This document shows positions 36,887 to 49,912 of a DNA stretch of 64,000 bases, one piece after another; position 1 is the first letter of the stretch; every line of letters starts with the position of its first letter. The stretch spans positions 141,050,001-141,114,000 of the forward strand of contig OZ024741.1 of NCBI GenBank assembly GCA_964016885.1, read 5' to 3'. The notes under the pieces were generated by a model. It saw nothing but the letters and a program-made list of their open reading frames with translations. It did not search any database and was not told the DNA's origin. The DNA comes from Eledone cirrhosa. Taxonomy: Eukaryota. A program made the position numbers and the translations under genes.

Positions 36887-37295
36887 TGGCAAATCCGGCC
36901 ATTTATCGCTCGTATACAGGAATGGAAACTGACTGGCTAGTTTACTGATATGTAAATCTGGCTGATCAGTGAATCTGCTAATATGCAGATCTGACTGATC
37001 AGCCAGTCTGCTAATATGCAAATGAGTCCGATCTGTCACTGTATATTTTAGAACATAGCATATATTTTCACTAGCTCTAACAGTTGGCATGGGAACAGTG
37101 AGCTGTACTGATGAAGGGTGATACCCAGAAACATTAGCGGCCCAGAAACATTAGCGTCTATAGTTCTGTTTACATGCCAACACAAGAGCAAGAATGAAGG
37201 GTTCATTCTACTGACATGGCTTTAAAAATGAGGCTTGCTTGCATAATTGTAAACGAATCGAATGTTATTATTAAGATTCGAAAAACTCAGATTAC

Positions 37296-37299
<4 letters not shown>
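36885..37299 (+). mobile_element. Second copy of the ~430-bp hammerhead-bearing element, between (TA)n tracts
   Basis: Homologous to 30254-30700. Confidence 0.82.
37103..37163 (+). ncRNA. Type I hammerhead, intact core, ~17-nt internal duplication
   Basis: CUGUA-CUGAUGA-A-GGG-ugaua-CCC-A-GAAAC-..-GUC-UAUAG; CCCAGAAACATTAGCG occurs twice. Confidence 0.75.
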
Positions 37300-37339
<40 letters not shown>

Positions 37340-37848
37340 CAAGTAAGAATATTTTCGAAACAGCCAGTGGGTTTGAAATTATTAAAAATGTAAGTCATCG
37401 CCGTATTTTGACTAAAGAAATTAAAGAAATTATTTTAGCCTGATAGTGGGGTTAAGAACCCTCGGAGAAATGGAAAAAGATGAGTATTGACGTACATCTC
37501 CGAGGGTTCTTAACGCCACTATCAGGCTAAAATAATTTCTTTAATTTCTTAAGTCAAAATACGGCGATAACTTACATTTCTATTAATTTCAAACCCACTC
37601 GCTGTTTCGAAAATATTCTTACTTGACACTACAGTCGCTAAGTTTATAGCTTCTAATTTGAATAGGAAAAGACGGGTGATGTGTTGGTGTAAATGGTAGC
37701 ACTGTGGTCCGGATAACCAAAGATGTGGGTTCGATTCAATACTCATCTTTTTCCATTTCTCCGAGGGTTCTTAACCCCATTATCAGGCTAAAATAATTTC
37801 TTTAATTTCTTTAGTCAAAATACGGCGATAACTTACATTTCTAATAAT
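37340..37848 (+). mobile_element. ~260-bp-unit element: inverted arm + partial tandem, containing a tRNA-like sequence
   Basis: 37341-37490 is inverted relative to 37497-37625 and 37737-37848; (TA)n on both flanks. Confidence 0.8.
37678..37752 (+). pseudogene. tRNA-like Pol III unit, not a functional tRNA
   Basis: Acceptor GATGTGT/ACTCATC, D arm GTGT/GCAC, TGGT-ccggata-ACCA arm, GGTTCGATTC box B, T5 terminator; T stem poorly paired. Confidence 0.6.
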
Positions 37849-38188
37849 ATATATATATATATATATATATAATACCCTCTACATTTCTCAACTTTGCCAA
37901 GTATCTATTCATTCTAACGTTGTTATGTTGCACTGTTGCACATTTTATATACTAAGTATATTGTCTATGTAATTCTAGTCCTGATATATTATCTCTTTGT
38001 TGATCGAAAGAGGCTGTAACATTTTCTACCATTCATTGTTTTGTTATCGTCATAGCATCTTGACAACATAGCTGCACTCCAATCTCCTGCACAAGCAGAA
38101 TTGCTGACTTGGTAAAGATGCAGCTCTCTGTTCATCTTATATGTATATATATATTTATGTATATATATGTGTGTGAGTGTGTGTGTGT

Positions 38189-38215
38189 GTGTAGTTATAT
38201 ATATCATATCATATG

Positions 38216-38269
<54 letters not shown>

Positions 38270-38296
38270 CATATGATATGATATATATAACTACAC
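38189..38296. repeat. Perfect palindrome centred on (TA)n
   Basis: GTGTAGTTATATATATCATATCATATGATTTT-(AT)n-AAAATCATATGATATGATATATATAACTACAC. Confidence 0.9.
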
Positions 38297-38304
38297 GCAC
38301 ACAC

Positions 38305-39020
38305 TTAGATGGGAATATGATTACTACACATATGTCTATACAGAATTGTGTATGTATATATATATATATGAAAATATGGGTGAGAAGAATACTGCTGGTT
38401 GCACATGGATAACATGTTATAAAATGAGTCCCTCATCAGTGATTTACCAAACGATCATGGGTATTTCATCGCATTAAAAATCATATACCTCACGTTGGAG
38501 CGATAATAACTAAAATAAGTTATTAGGACAATAGAAACGCGTAAAGCGAGTGAGACAAGTAAACAACACAGGGAAAAGCTAACTGAAGATGGAAATAAAC
38601 ACAAGCAACATAGTTATTCTTTCAGCACAAGCTGTGTGAATATATGAGCGAGTCGGAAAACAGACCTTTCGCTAGTGAATCCGGTGTTAGAAAGAATGAA
38701 AACCGTTTTCCCAGCGAACGGGAGGAAGAAAGAAGGGGAGAAACAGTGACTGAGTGAGTGGGAGTGCGAGGAAGAGGTCAGTAGAGAGAAAGAGTTAACT
38801 GACATGGCAGAGGGGACGAAAGAAAGTAAGAGAAACAGAGAGAACGAGGGAGCAGTAAGAGAGAAAGAGAGAAACACAGAATTGCAGTTTGGGTAAATAT
38901 ATGAAAATATGGGTGAGAAGAATACTGCTGGTTGCACATGGATAACATGTTATATATATATATACATACATACACAATTCTGTATAGACATATGTGTAGT
39001 AATCATGTTCCCATCTAATT
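38305..39020 (-). mobile_element. Non-coding element with inner direct repeats (38365-38421, 38898-38954) and outer inverted repeats (38305-38360, 38965-39019)
   Basis: Repeats read directly; body related to 2622-3527. Confidence 0.72.
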
Positions 39021-39902
39021 AGATACGTCTCTACTTGCTAATTATTGTAAACAATCCCGTTAATTAGACATTGAAAATTATTTAATTACAATTGTGACAC
39101 ATATAATTTACTGCCGTTTCTATGAATTCAAATTAATTTGAAACATCCGTTATTTTGTGTTTGGAAAGCACACATAAATCCATCCAAACTCGGCGTATTA
39201 TAGTTCTAACAGTTGCACACCACCTTTATAGGGAAATATTGATTTCTTTCCTTGCCATAAAATCTTGAATGTGTAATGGAATGGAAATAGGATTGTATGC
39301 CGCTGATACATTTCACAAAAACATTAATGACCTTAGTGAAGCGAAATATCTTCAAAAGTTGATCCAAACGGCATAGTGTCCATGGTTTATTTTCGGTACC
39401 CCAGATATATAACAGAAAGATATCATCTTTATTACCGTCGCAATGAAGAATGAAATACATTGTGTTTTGTTATTGATTTTTTTTTTTTTTGTCAATATTC
39501 AAATCCTTAATAGACACTATTTGGTCGCAGCTACAATGATAATATTAAGTCTTGAGTATTTTACAATATTCAGTGATTATTCGAAAATCTAATTCAGGAT
39601 AATTGATTAATTAAATGAATAAATAAATCCTGTGCTGGCCCTACGAAAAAATGTATATCTGCAAAGTGTTGGGTGTAACGAATAGCATCATGGGTAATAT
39701 ATTAAACTTCAGCAAATTAAAATAGAACGGGATCAAATACTGTAGAACATCCTGTATATGTTGAACTCTTGTATCCAGAACCTTGAATCAACGAGAAATA
39801 TAAGAAAAAATTTTACAGTGTATTGATTTTATGTTCATACTCTCGTTTTCTGCATTGTACCAGTTTTCTCGAGCAATCATCGCCACACCCACACCCACAC
39901 AC

Positions 39903-40230
<328 letters not shown>

Positions 40231-40233
40231 ACA

Positions 40234-40555
40234 GAATGAAATGAAATTTCATTTCTCACTCCTAGTACGGCTGATACTTAAATATAAGTATGTATACGTA
40301 CATACATATATGTATACAGACGTACAGTAGTATGTATATATATACATACATGCACACATATATATATGTACGTATGGGTTTACCGAACATTTATTATAAT
40401 GTTCGGTATATATATACATACTACAAACAAACCAATCATTATAATAAATTTCGGTAAACACATACGTACATATATATATATGTGCATGTATGTATATATA
40501 TAAATACTACTCTACGTCGGTATACATATATGTATGAACGTATACATACTTATAT
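40234..40555. mobile_element. Second, shorter foldback copy of the 3750-4497 family, ribozyme region absent
   Basis: 40234-40406 is the reverse complement of ~4300-4487; diverged inverted arm at 40420-40555. Confidence 0.8.
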
Positions 40556-40570
40556 ATATATATATGTATA

Positions 40571-40620
<50 letters not shown>

Positions 40621-41071
40621 GTACATACGCACATGAAAACAGGTGTGCGCACATATATAATTCCATACATAATACATGCACACACATATGTAGTGTAGTT
40701 TGGTTGTAGGAGGCTGTATGTTTTGTATGCTATTTCTGAGATCGTTGTATAAATGTTATTTTTATAAATCTAAATACTAGAAATATTTATACATTAAAAA
40801 CATTTCCGTATTGGGAAATATTAAAGACATCATATGTATTGCATTTCTTCAGTAAAATACAAAAAATACTATCGAAAACTACATTGAAGGTAAATGTTAA
40901 TTTTTCATATTTAATAATTTTAATTTCTTATAAACAATTTCATATATGCGTATAAATAATTTCTTACTTTTGTGTAAATAACAAACATACCCAACCATCT
41001 GTAGATTCTCGTGAATATAATAGATGAAAGTAAAAGAATGTCATTACTTTTAAAATATACATAAACAATTC

Positions 41072-41173
<102 letters not shown>

Positions 41174-41330
41174 ACGACGTTGCATTGGCCAGCGTGTAGT
41201 TTGAGGAAGGTAGATCATTTTGTTCATTCGTCCCACATTTCAATGTTTGTAGGCTCTTAACACCTAATGTATCTAGGATTGTCGTCAAGTCATATCCCAT
41301 GCCTTCAGCATTTAAACATATCAGAGCTCA

Positions 41331-41465
41331 TTACGTCCGTTTACAGTCTGAGTTCAAATCCCGCTGAGGTTAACTTTGCCTTTCATCCTTACGGGGTCGA
41401 TAAAATAAGGTACCAGTAATGTACTGGTAAATTGCTGGCCTTGTGCCTAAAGTAGAAACAATTAT
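41331..41465 (+). mobile_element. SINE family A, 5'-truncated
   Basis: Box B, core, GTAGAAACAATTAT end. Confidence 0.9.
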
Positions 41466-41713
41466 GAAGTAGGTAGATGGGATCACAGCTGGATTCATCT
41501 CTCTATTTCTAGATAGATATACATAATGGATTAAACTAGCGCAGCAATTTTAGGTGGTATAATATCTATGTTCCTCGCAAAAGTAAAAGGTGAAGTTGAC
41601 TTTGGCGAGTTTTGAACTCAAAGCTGAAACAAATAGCGCTGAGTATTTCATATAACATTTCAACCACAGACACATACATAAATAAATACATACATGCATA
41701 CACAGAGACGCGC

Positions 41714-41751
<38 letters not shown>

Positions 41752-42053
41752 CAGACGAACACATGTATGCATACCTATAAATATTTAATCGTTTTCTTAA
41801 ACAATAAACACACACACACACACACACATATATAGTAATAATAATAAATTTGAAGACTAAAATCCAATTTAGATATATATATACATATACGACAATTAAG
41901 ACAAACCTAGCTGTATATATTACAATTAATTACTCTTCATGTTGAGAGTATTGCTTGAGCTATTAAATGAGAATGTGTTGTGAGTTACCGGATTCTGCTG
42001 AAGCGTCTAGTGAATTTGATTAATCTCGTGTAACAGGAGATGCTATAAATAAT

Positions 42054-42270
42054 TTTTTCTACGTTAGGCACAAGGCCAGCAAATACCCAGTGTATTACTG
42101 GTACTTTATTTTATCGACCCCGTAAGGATGAAAGGCAAAGTTAACCTCGGCGGGATTTTAACTTAGAATGGCAAGGGCCGTAACTCTATGCGTCAAAGCA
42201 TGGCGTCCGACCTTCTTATAAATAATTTTTCTACTTTAGGCACAAGGCCAGCAATTACCCAGTGCATTAC
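42054..42270 (-). mobile_element. Two SINE A insertions at one site (42054-42214 and 42227-42270)
   Basis: TATAAATAAT occurs three times (42044, 42217, 42272), bracketing both. Confidence 0.88.
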
Positions 42271-43459
42271 TTATAAATAATGTTAGTGTTTTTAGTAAAG
42301 AATATGTAAAATGATATTTTTCTTTTAACTTATTTTGTTTCGAATAATCGCCCAAGCCTTCGCCCAGCAAAGCAATAACACGTAGACCGATTAGCGCAGA
42401 TTGTTTTCATCAATTTGGCGATGTTTGTTGGAAATAGTAAATATTACGTATCATTTCTAACATTAAAATCTTCACCATATATTTGTGTGTTTAAGTATGC
42501 TTGTGCATCGTATATGAATTACCTCCCTTTTATTTTGATTTAACCGGCTCTTTAAGGATTGACTTCAAAACATTTTCATTTTCTATTGCTTTATACTCTT
42601 GATAGTATATGACTTGATCTCAATAGAACTGTATAATGACTTTGGTGATATGTCGTAAATACGTCACTTTCATTTATATTGACGTTTTTCACTTTGAAGG
42701 CTTGATTGTTTTATTTATTCCCCACAACATAACTTTCCTGGACGTTTATAATATCGTTATTATGACTGAAGTGTGTGGTCGGACTTATAGTCTTAAATTG
42801 TACCATTATAAAGACAAAAATGTGGCACCTGTCTGAACTCCTATGTTATACTACACTTCTACGCATCTAACCTTTTAAAATGCTTAAAATCATTAAGCTT
42901 TATTTTGAAATGCATGTTTTCTCTGTCTTCTATTACTAACTTTTTCAGCATCTATTTTGTCCACAACTATATATGGACACTTTTAGTTTACTTCATTTAT
43001 CTGTAACCATATGTATTTTACTTTATTTTATCGCATTTTATCTGCTCCTCAGTTGCTTCGTTACCTTGTATAAATATTAATGCGTGCTCTTATCTACCCT
43101 CTCATAATATGTATCCTCCAAATGTTCCTGAAGCAAAGTCTAGATCCTATATTTGTATTTAACTCTTGTAATAACTCTGAAGATTCTTGCCCTGTGCTTG
43201 GTTGAAGCGGTCGTTAGTTATTAAAAGTTTGAAAGATTAAATAACAGTTGATCATTATTTACACTGCATTTCGGCTCCGTATTATATTTGATGTATTACA
43301 TCGAGCTATATTCATATATGTAACTGGGTAATATTTAATATTACTCACCAGGTAAAAAACCGGGAGGTCATATCCGTAGTTATTAGAGCACTCAGTCCAT
43401 AGGACGAGTTTTCTATAGAGTTACACTAAAGTCCGAAACAAATTTGGAAACACTCTCCT

Positions 43460-44543
43460 CTTACACATAGAAAGGAACTAGAAGCGATATCTAGATGACT
43501 GCTTCATCCTTTGGCACGAAAACATCGAGAAACTTAAAGAATTTCACACCCTTATAAATTGGCTCAACACGAATATTAACTTCACGATGGCCATAAACAA
43601 CTCCCCTTCATCGACATTCTCATTAAGATCCTTAACAAAAAAATAGAAACAGACATATACTACAAGCCCACAGACTCCAAGCAATATCTTCCTTTCAACT
43701 CTTGCCACCCTAGACACGTTAAAATTAATATTCCCTACAACTCAGCCAAGAGAATCTGTACTATAGTTTCCAATAAAAAACACCTGCTACTTACGGCTAC
43801 AAGAACTAAAGGACACACTCATATGCAGGGACTACCCTGCATCACTAATTGACAATGGAGTCCAACGTGCCCTAAAACTCAGTACTCAGGACCTTAGACA
43901 CCCTAAAGTAAATCAACCGAAACTAAAAGCTCTTCCATACATCTCCACACACAACCCCCTCAACAATGACGTCTTTGACACCATCCTCCAGAACATCCCT
44001 GTGTTGAAAAAGGACCATAGAATGAACCAATTCCTACGAACACACGATATTATAAAGAGCAAAAGACAATCTAAGTCAATGAAAAACATCCTAACACATG
44101 CCAAAGTACTGCCAACCACAACAACGAAACCCACAGTAAAAAAATGCGATAGACCCAACTGTGGCATATGCATCAACCTAATAGAGGGTTCGGAATTCTA
44201 TTTCAAAGAAGGACAACGTTTTATAGTAAAACACAATTTCACATGTGCATCGGAAAATCTAATATATGTATTAACTTGCTCAGGTTGTCGAGAACAATAC
44301 ATATGCCAGACCAAAAACAGCCTCCGCCAACGCATGACTGTCCATAGATCCCAAATTAAAATACGGGAATACAGGAAAATACCACTGAGTGAACACATTG
44401 ATACCTGTGCCGCCCAAAATCATCCCAACTTCAGAAACTTTCCCCTCTACAAATTTAAAGATAATGCCACCCACACCCAATGCATCAGCAAGGAATCTTA
44501 CTTTATTAACAAATACGGACCCCGGCTAAACACTTCTCCCTAA
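43460..44543 (+). mobile_element. 5'-truncated PLE of the PLE-A family (RT C-half + GIY-YIG), decayed
   Basis: KRYLDDCFILWHE, YYKPTDSKQYLPFNSCHP, CDRPNCGIC, NLIYVLTCSGCREQYICQT..LRQRMTVHRSQI..KESYFINKYGPRLN; similar to 5240-6310. Confidence 0.92.
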
Positions 44544-45216
44544 GACGAAGCCACAACATACACACGTCAGCATACATACCTACATCAGAATACATCTCTA
44601 TCCACATATAAACACAATGACATACGTAAACACACATGTTCTATGGTGCAACACAAATATACACAAATTTGCATACATTTTGATGTCTATAGATATAAAC
44701 GTGCCGACACACACACATACATAAACGCACACATGCCTTGCACACTGATGGGCACATCCATATGTGTACACAAGTATTCCAATACGGCAAGGCCTAATGG
44801 ATTCCCCTTGCAGTACGTACAATCTGGCACTCACGCACACCTTGGTATTATGCCAATATTATATATCATTTCACACCTTTTATTATTAAGGTTTTTGATG
44901 TTCTATTGAGAGAATCGTTTTTACTGAAAATATCGAATAATGTACACCATTTTTACCAGTATCACAAAAATACTGGTCCACACACACACACACACATTCT
45001 CACACACACACACACATATATACACACACACATACACACGTGTACATTAACATACAAAGAGACATATACACACACACACACACACATACACTTCTCCGTA
45101 TAAGACAAGAGCTGAAAAATATCTTTTAACATGTTAAAATAACCCCCACACACTTACAAGACACATTCCTACTGACCATCCCTCTACCACGAATTACTCT
45201 GCTACATACACACACA

Positions 45217-45297
<81 letters not shown>

Positions 45298-45674
45298 ACA
45301 CACTTGTCTTAATAGGCATTTGAACTGTCAACAGCTGCGACGCACACACATCCCTGCTGACCATTATCACAACAACGAACCTCTTTACTACTACTACACA
45401 CACACACACACATATTTGTTTTGAAAGACTTATTTTTCAGTGACTTCTCAATCAGCCGACACAAACCTACATTTGGCGCAAAATCAATTTTTAACATTCA
45501 CATGACCTCTACCGACCAATCAAAATTGTTTTGAGCACAAGAATTTTTGCAACAGGAATTGGCGCGAAACTTATTTTAATAACTCTGGAGCCACTTTTTA
45601 AACATAAAAACAGGTAGAATTTCCAAAACTAATCAGATTAGAGCAAACAATCACGGACACACACACATATATAC

Positions 45675-45705
<31 letters not shown>

Positions 45706-48700
45706 CGTGTGCGTGTGTGTGTGTCGTGCGTGTATGTGAAATGGAAATATAATTAGGATGATTGTTTTGCATGTATGAAGCAATATTTACCCCATTAGCA
45801 TATTAAAAGCCTAAATAGCTTAAATTAGTCATAACTGGATGATTGTGATTTTATGATAACTTCTGTGCTTCACGTAACAAAGCGTATGTCAACGTGATTT
45901 AAAATGTCAAAATATATCTCACTATTTATTACTTTCTAGAAACTGCGAAGCATATTAGTTCATTCCTATATGAGATCGGTTCCATATTGATAATCAGTAT
46001 GACATTAGATTGTAAAATATTCACGATTTTGTAAGGCTGTATTTACAAGGAATTATGAGACAACGTTGATTTATATTTTATCTTGAAAAGAAGCTAGCTT
46101 GTCATATACGTTCATTACTAGCTTACCTCGATTCTGAGGCGAACGGGGGGGGGGGGGGCACTGACTAGCACAGTGCTGATCGCTTGATGCGTGTTTTCTC
46201 TGTTCAGCTAAGACAACAATAATAGACTGCTGAGCACCAGAGGAGTGTTCTCATTTCAGCTAAAGTGACATTGGCTAACGGGTATGTGATGATTGAGATT
46301 CCAAAGAGTGTTTTGCAACTCAACTAAGAGGTGTTCTAGTTTTATTACAATATTTGTACTATGACTACGACTTCAGTCTTCCGTGAAAGTTAACAGCCGT
46401 TTTGTTTGTTGTTATTATGTTTTTCCTAGCCGAGCGGTCATCCGGATATTTTCCAAAAGTTTATATGGCAAGTCAGACTTTGCTCTACGATATATGTTAA
46501 TAAGTTAAAATAAGGATAATGGTTTCTAATCTTACATAAGGCAAAAGTTGATCACATCCATCAGAGTACTAAACAGATATATTTTGTTTATCAACTCCGA
46601 GAAGATGAAAATCAAAGGTGACATTGGCGAGATTTTAGCTAAGAACGTAAATAGTATTTCGTCCGACTTGCTCAGAGTTCTGCTAATTCAGTGCCCTGCC
46701 AAGTAGAAATATATATTTATCGGTTAGTAATGATGGGATGTTTTGGTGTTAGTACCATTTGAAACCTAGTCGAATTTTGCTTTCAGCTTTAATGCATTGC
46801 TCAGTCTCTACAAATATTGCAAACAAAAGCGTATCCAGAAAGGCTACAGGGAACAGAAAACCGTGTGTCGTGGCATTCCTAAGATTTCCTAAATTCTTTG
46901 TTGGCAGAAATGAAGGAAAATTTCTTTATGACAGAAAATAAGTGAATGACAGACGTCTATATCAGTTTCTTACAAATCTACGTCGCTTGTCACAGAAATA
47001 AATTATATTAGATATTAAAACTTTCGTCTTTCTTTACAAAGTGTAGCAAATATTTGTCTTATAACTGCCTTTGAAAAAGGCATTTTATAGACTCTTTTTT
47101 GTCTTTTTTGCTACTGACGTCAGTGTTTCAGTCTTGGTTTTTTTCGGCTTTGAAATTAGATAATAGATATAACAGCCTCAAAATCAATACAAGTGTTGCT
47201 TATGTACGCTATTCTGTTTACAAATATATTTTTAATCGAATATATATATATATATATATCGATTAAGATAAAACTGAAATTGTGAAAATGTAGAATAAAG
47301 AGTAAAAAACGAATATCTATTTCAGAGGCTCAATCAATGGTTCTCAAATGGTGTCTTGCATCTTTTTTTTCGATTGTCCTTATTCAGGACACAGCCTGGT
47401 ATCATGCAACGTGCGTTCAGTTAAATTCTAAGTTAAGCAAGATATACTACTTTTAACGTAAAAAAAGCTCTACGATTGCATCTCATTATATATAAAAATA
47501 AAATATATAGTTAAACGTTTGTTGTTAGCCGGCCCAGCAAAGTAAAGGGGGGAAATTTGCTCTGACATATCATCATGTTATACCTTATTAATGATATACA
47601 TATTTGGGGACACAATACCTTCACAACCTTATCTACTGTAATACTTAAGAGTAACCAGTTGTTGTGTAGGTACACGATTTAGTAACTCCTGCTTTCAAAG
47701 TGATTTATAGTATTGGAATTGATATTGTCTTAAAAGAAATTGCACTCATTAAATTACCACATTGCCGTTGCTTAACCCAGATAAGTAGATAAAGATATAT
47801 TGATAGTAAAACAGTTTATTGTAAGAAAATTCTTTCAATATACGTTTATGCTGAAAATTACTATCTTAGTAATACTATAATTAATAATTCCAGCACGTCC
47901 CTCAAAACACATTTTTAGTTTATTGAAACAGCGTATAATTCATGGGAAATGCACTCACAAAAGAGTCACACAATTTCCCTCTAAATATGTGTCCCTAAAG
48001 ATAGACGAGGTAGTATCTATTAAGTAAGGGGAGCAAAACCTTTAAAGAAACCAGATTAAATGAACCAAGTCCCTAATTTCAGTTTGATTTCCAGATGAAG
48101 TAACAATAAATTGAATGTATCTAACCATTACAGAAGTCATAATACTATATGATTCGCTTTTTTCTCTCATTTATATTCCTAGACCTGTAAGAGAAAATGT
48201 GCCCGATTGAAACAATAGTACAGTGACTGATTCAGTATATTAAATTTCATTTTATTTGGGAAGGGGAGAGGGGTCTTGTTGTGCGAATGTTGAACTGAAC
48301 ATTATATAATTGTGAGTTCGACTTCTACACTTGGCGAACCGATGTGTTCTTCAGCAAGATGCCTTATTTCGCGTTGCTTTTTATGTGTAACATAATCATG
48401 AGCAACATACGAGAGGAAGTTGTTGATAAAATCAGGTGAAAAACTGAACTGGAATGTATTTTATGCATTACGAAATAATGAAAGACAAAGTTGAATTCAA
48501 CAATATATGGATACATAATTCTATGAATTTTGACATATATATAAATGTAGGATTCTATCAGTGCTTTATAATCTCCGCATAAGACAAGCAATCTGCGAGG
48601 TAGGTTTCGATTAAATGGGTTTTTTTCGTTCTAAATTCACATTTTAATGTTTATTATATTCTCACAAGAAACCAACTGCTTTGGGTCATTTATATAGGTA

Positions 48701-48767
48701 TCTTTATGTTCATACCCTACTTAGGGCATATTTGCCTTTCATACCATGTCGAGGTCAATAATATAAT

Positions 48768-48941
48768 TTGGGCAGAAGTCCAACAATTATCCCAGTGCAT
48801 TACTGGTACTTTATTCTATCGACCCTGTAAGGATGAAAGGATTGCCTTAACCTTGGTGGGATTTGAACTCAGACTGTAAAGAACACAACTATTGTGGAAA
48901 GCATGGCAGCTGACGCTCTACCGATACTGCCAATCCACCGT
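48768..48941 (-). mobile_element. SINE family A with 19-bp target-site duplication
   Basis: TCGAGGTCAATAATATAAT at 48749-48767 and 48942-48960. Confidence 0.9.
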
Positions 48942-49660
48942 TCGAGGTCAATAATATAATGTGCTGGAGAAGGCCCGAGTCGATGTAACCGATTAAAAAA
49001 TATATTGAAAATTGTTCATATGCATAATTTTAACCAAGATGCGGAAATAATCCTATAGGGTTTAAAGTGCAGTCTAGTTACTTTTGTTCATAGATGAATA
49101 GAATACCCTCATTTAAGTTAACCTGTTAATTTCATTGACTTATATAGTCGTCCCAGGATGGAAATAGATAGTATAATACACACATATTTGATTTATTAAC
49201 ACCACGGCATTTTAATATAAGTAAAATGTTTAATTTCATACATCATAAATTTTTCCGCATATGTACATCTTACTCTTGCAAATCTTTCATTTATTACATG
49301 TTTTTTTTTTTTTACATATATACATAAATACATATTTAATCTAATCGATCTTTAAAATCTCCAATTTTCTTCATACAGTGAGAACTCAACAAAATTCGAA
49401 AGTTTTATATTTCATGATTGATACATTACAAAATATGTTTTTGATACGAAAAGAAATTATAAGTACCAAATGTTTCTTTTGATATAGAGAAATCAATTCT
49501 TTTGTAAAATTTCTTGAAATTATAGCATAAATACTAGAAATACATAGCTACGTGTGCCATAATTGCTAGTGGTTCGCAACATGTTTTAGTAAAACCTTTC
49601 ACATATAAAATACATAAACATATTATAAAAATAGATAGACACACGATGCGCATTATTATT

Positions 49661-49912
49661 ATCGACCCCGTAAGGACGAAAGGCAAAGTGAACCTCGGCG
49701 GGATTTGAACTCACACCATAAAGGGGCCTAACTCTATGCTGCAAGGTCGGACGCCATGCTTTGCAGCATAGAGTTAGGCCCCTTTATGATATGAGTTCAA
49801 ATCCCGCCGAGGTTAACTTTACCTTTCATCCTTACGGGGTCGATAAAATAAAGTACCAGTAATGTACTGGAGTAATTGCTGGCCTTGTGCCAATAGTAGA
49901 AACAATTATTAT
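49661..49912. mobile_element. SINE A with 5' inverted duplication (hairpin)
   Basis: 49661-49744 is the reverse complement of ~49761-49843. Confidence 0.9.

Noticed and set aside
39206-39460. Possible host exon
   Set aside because: No recognisable motif or clear splice boundaries in the frames examined.
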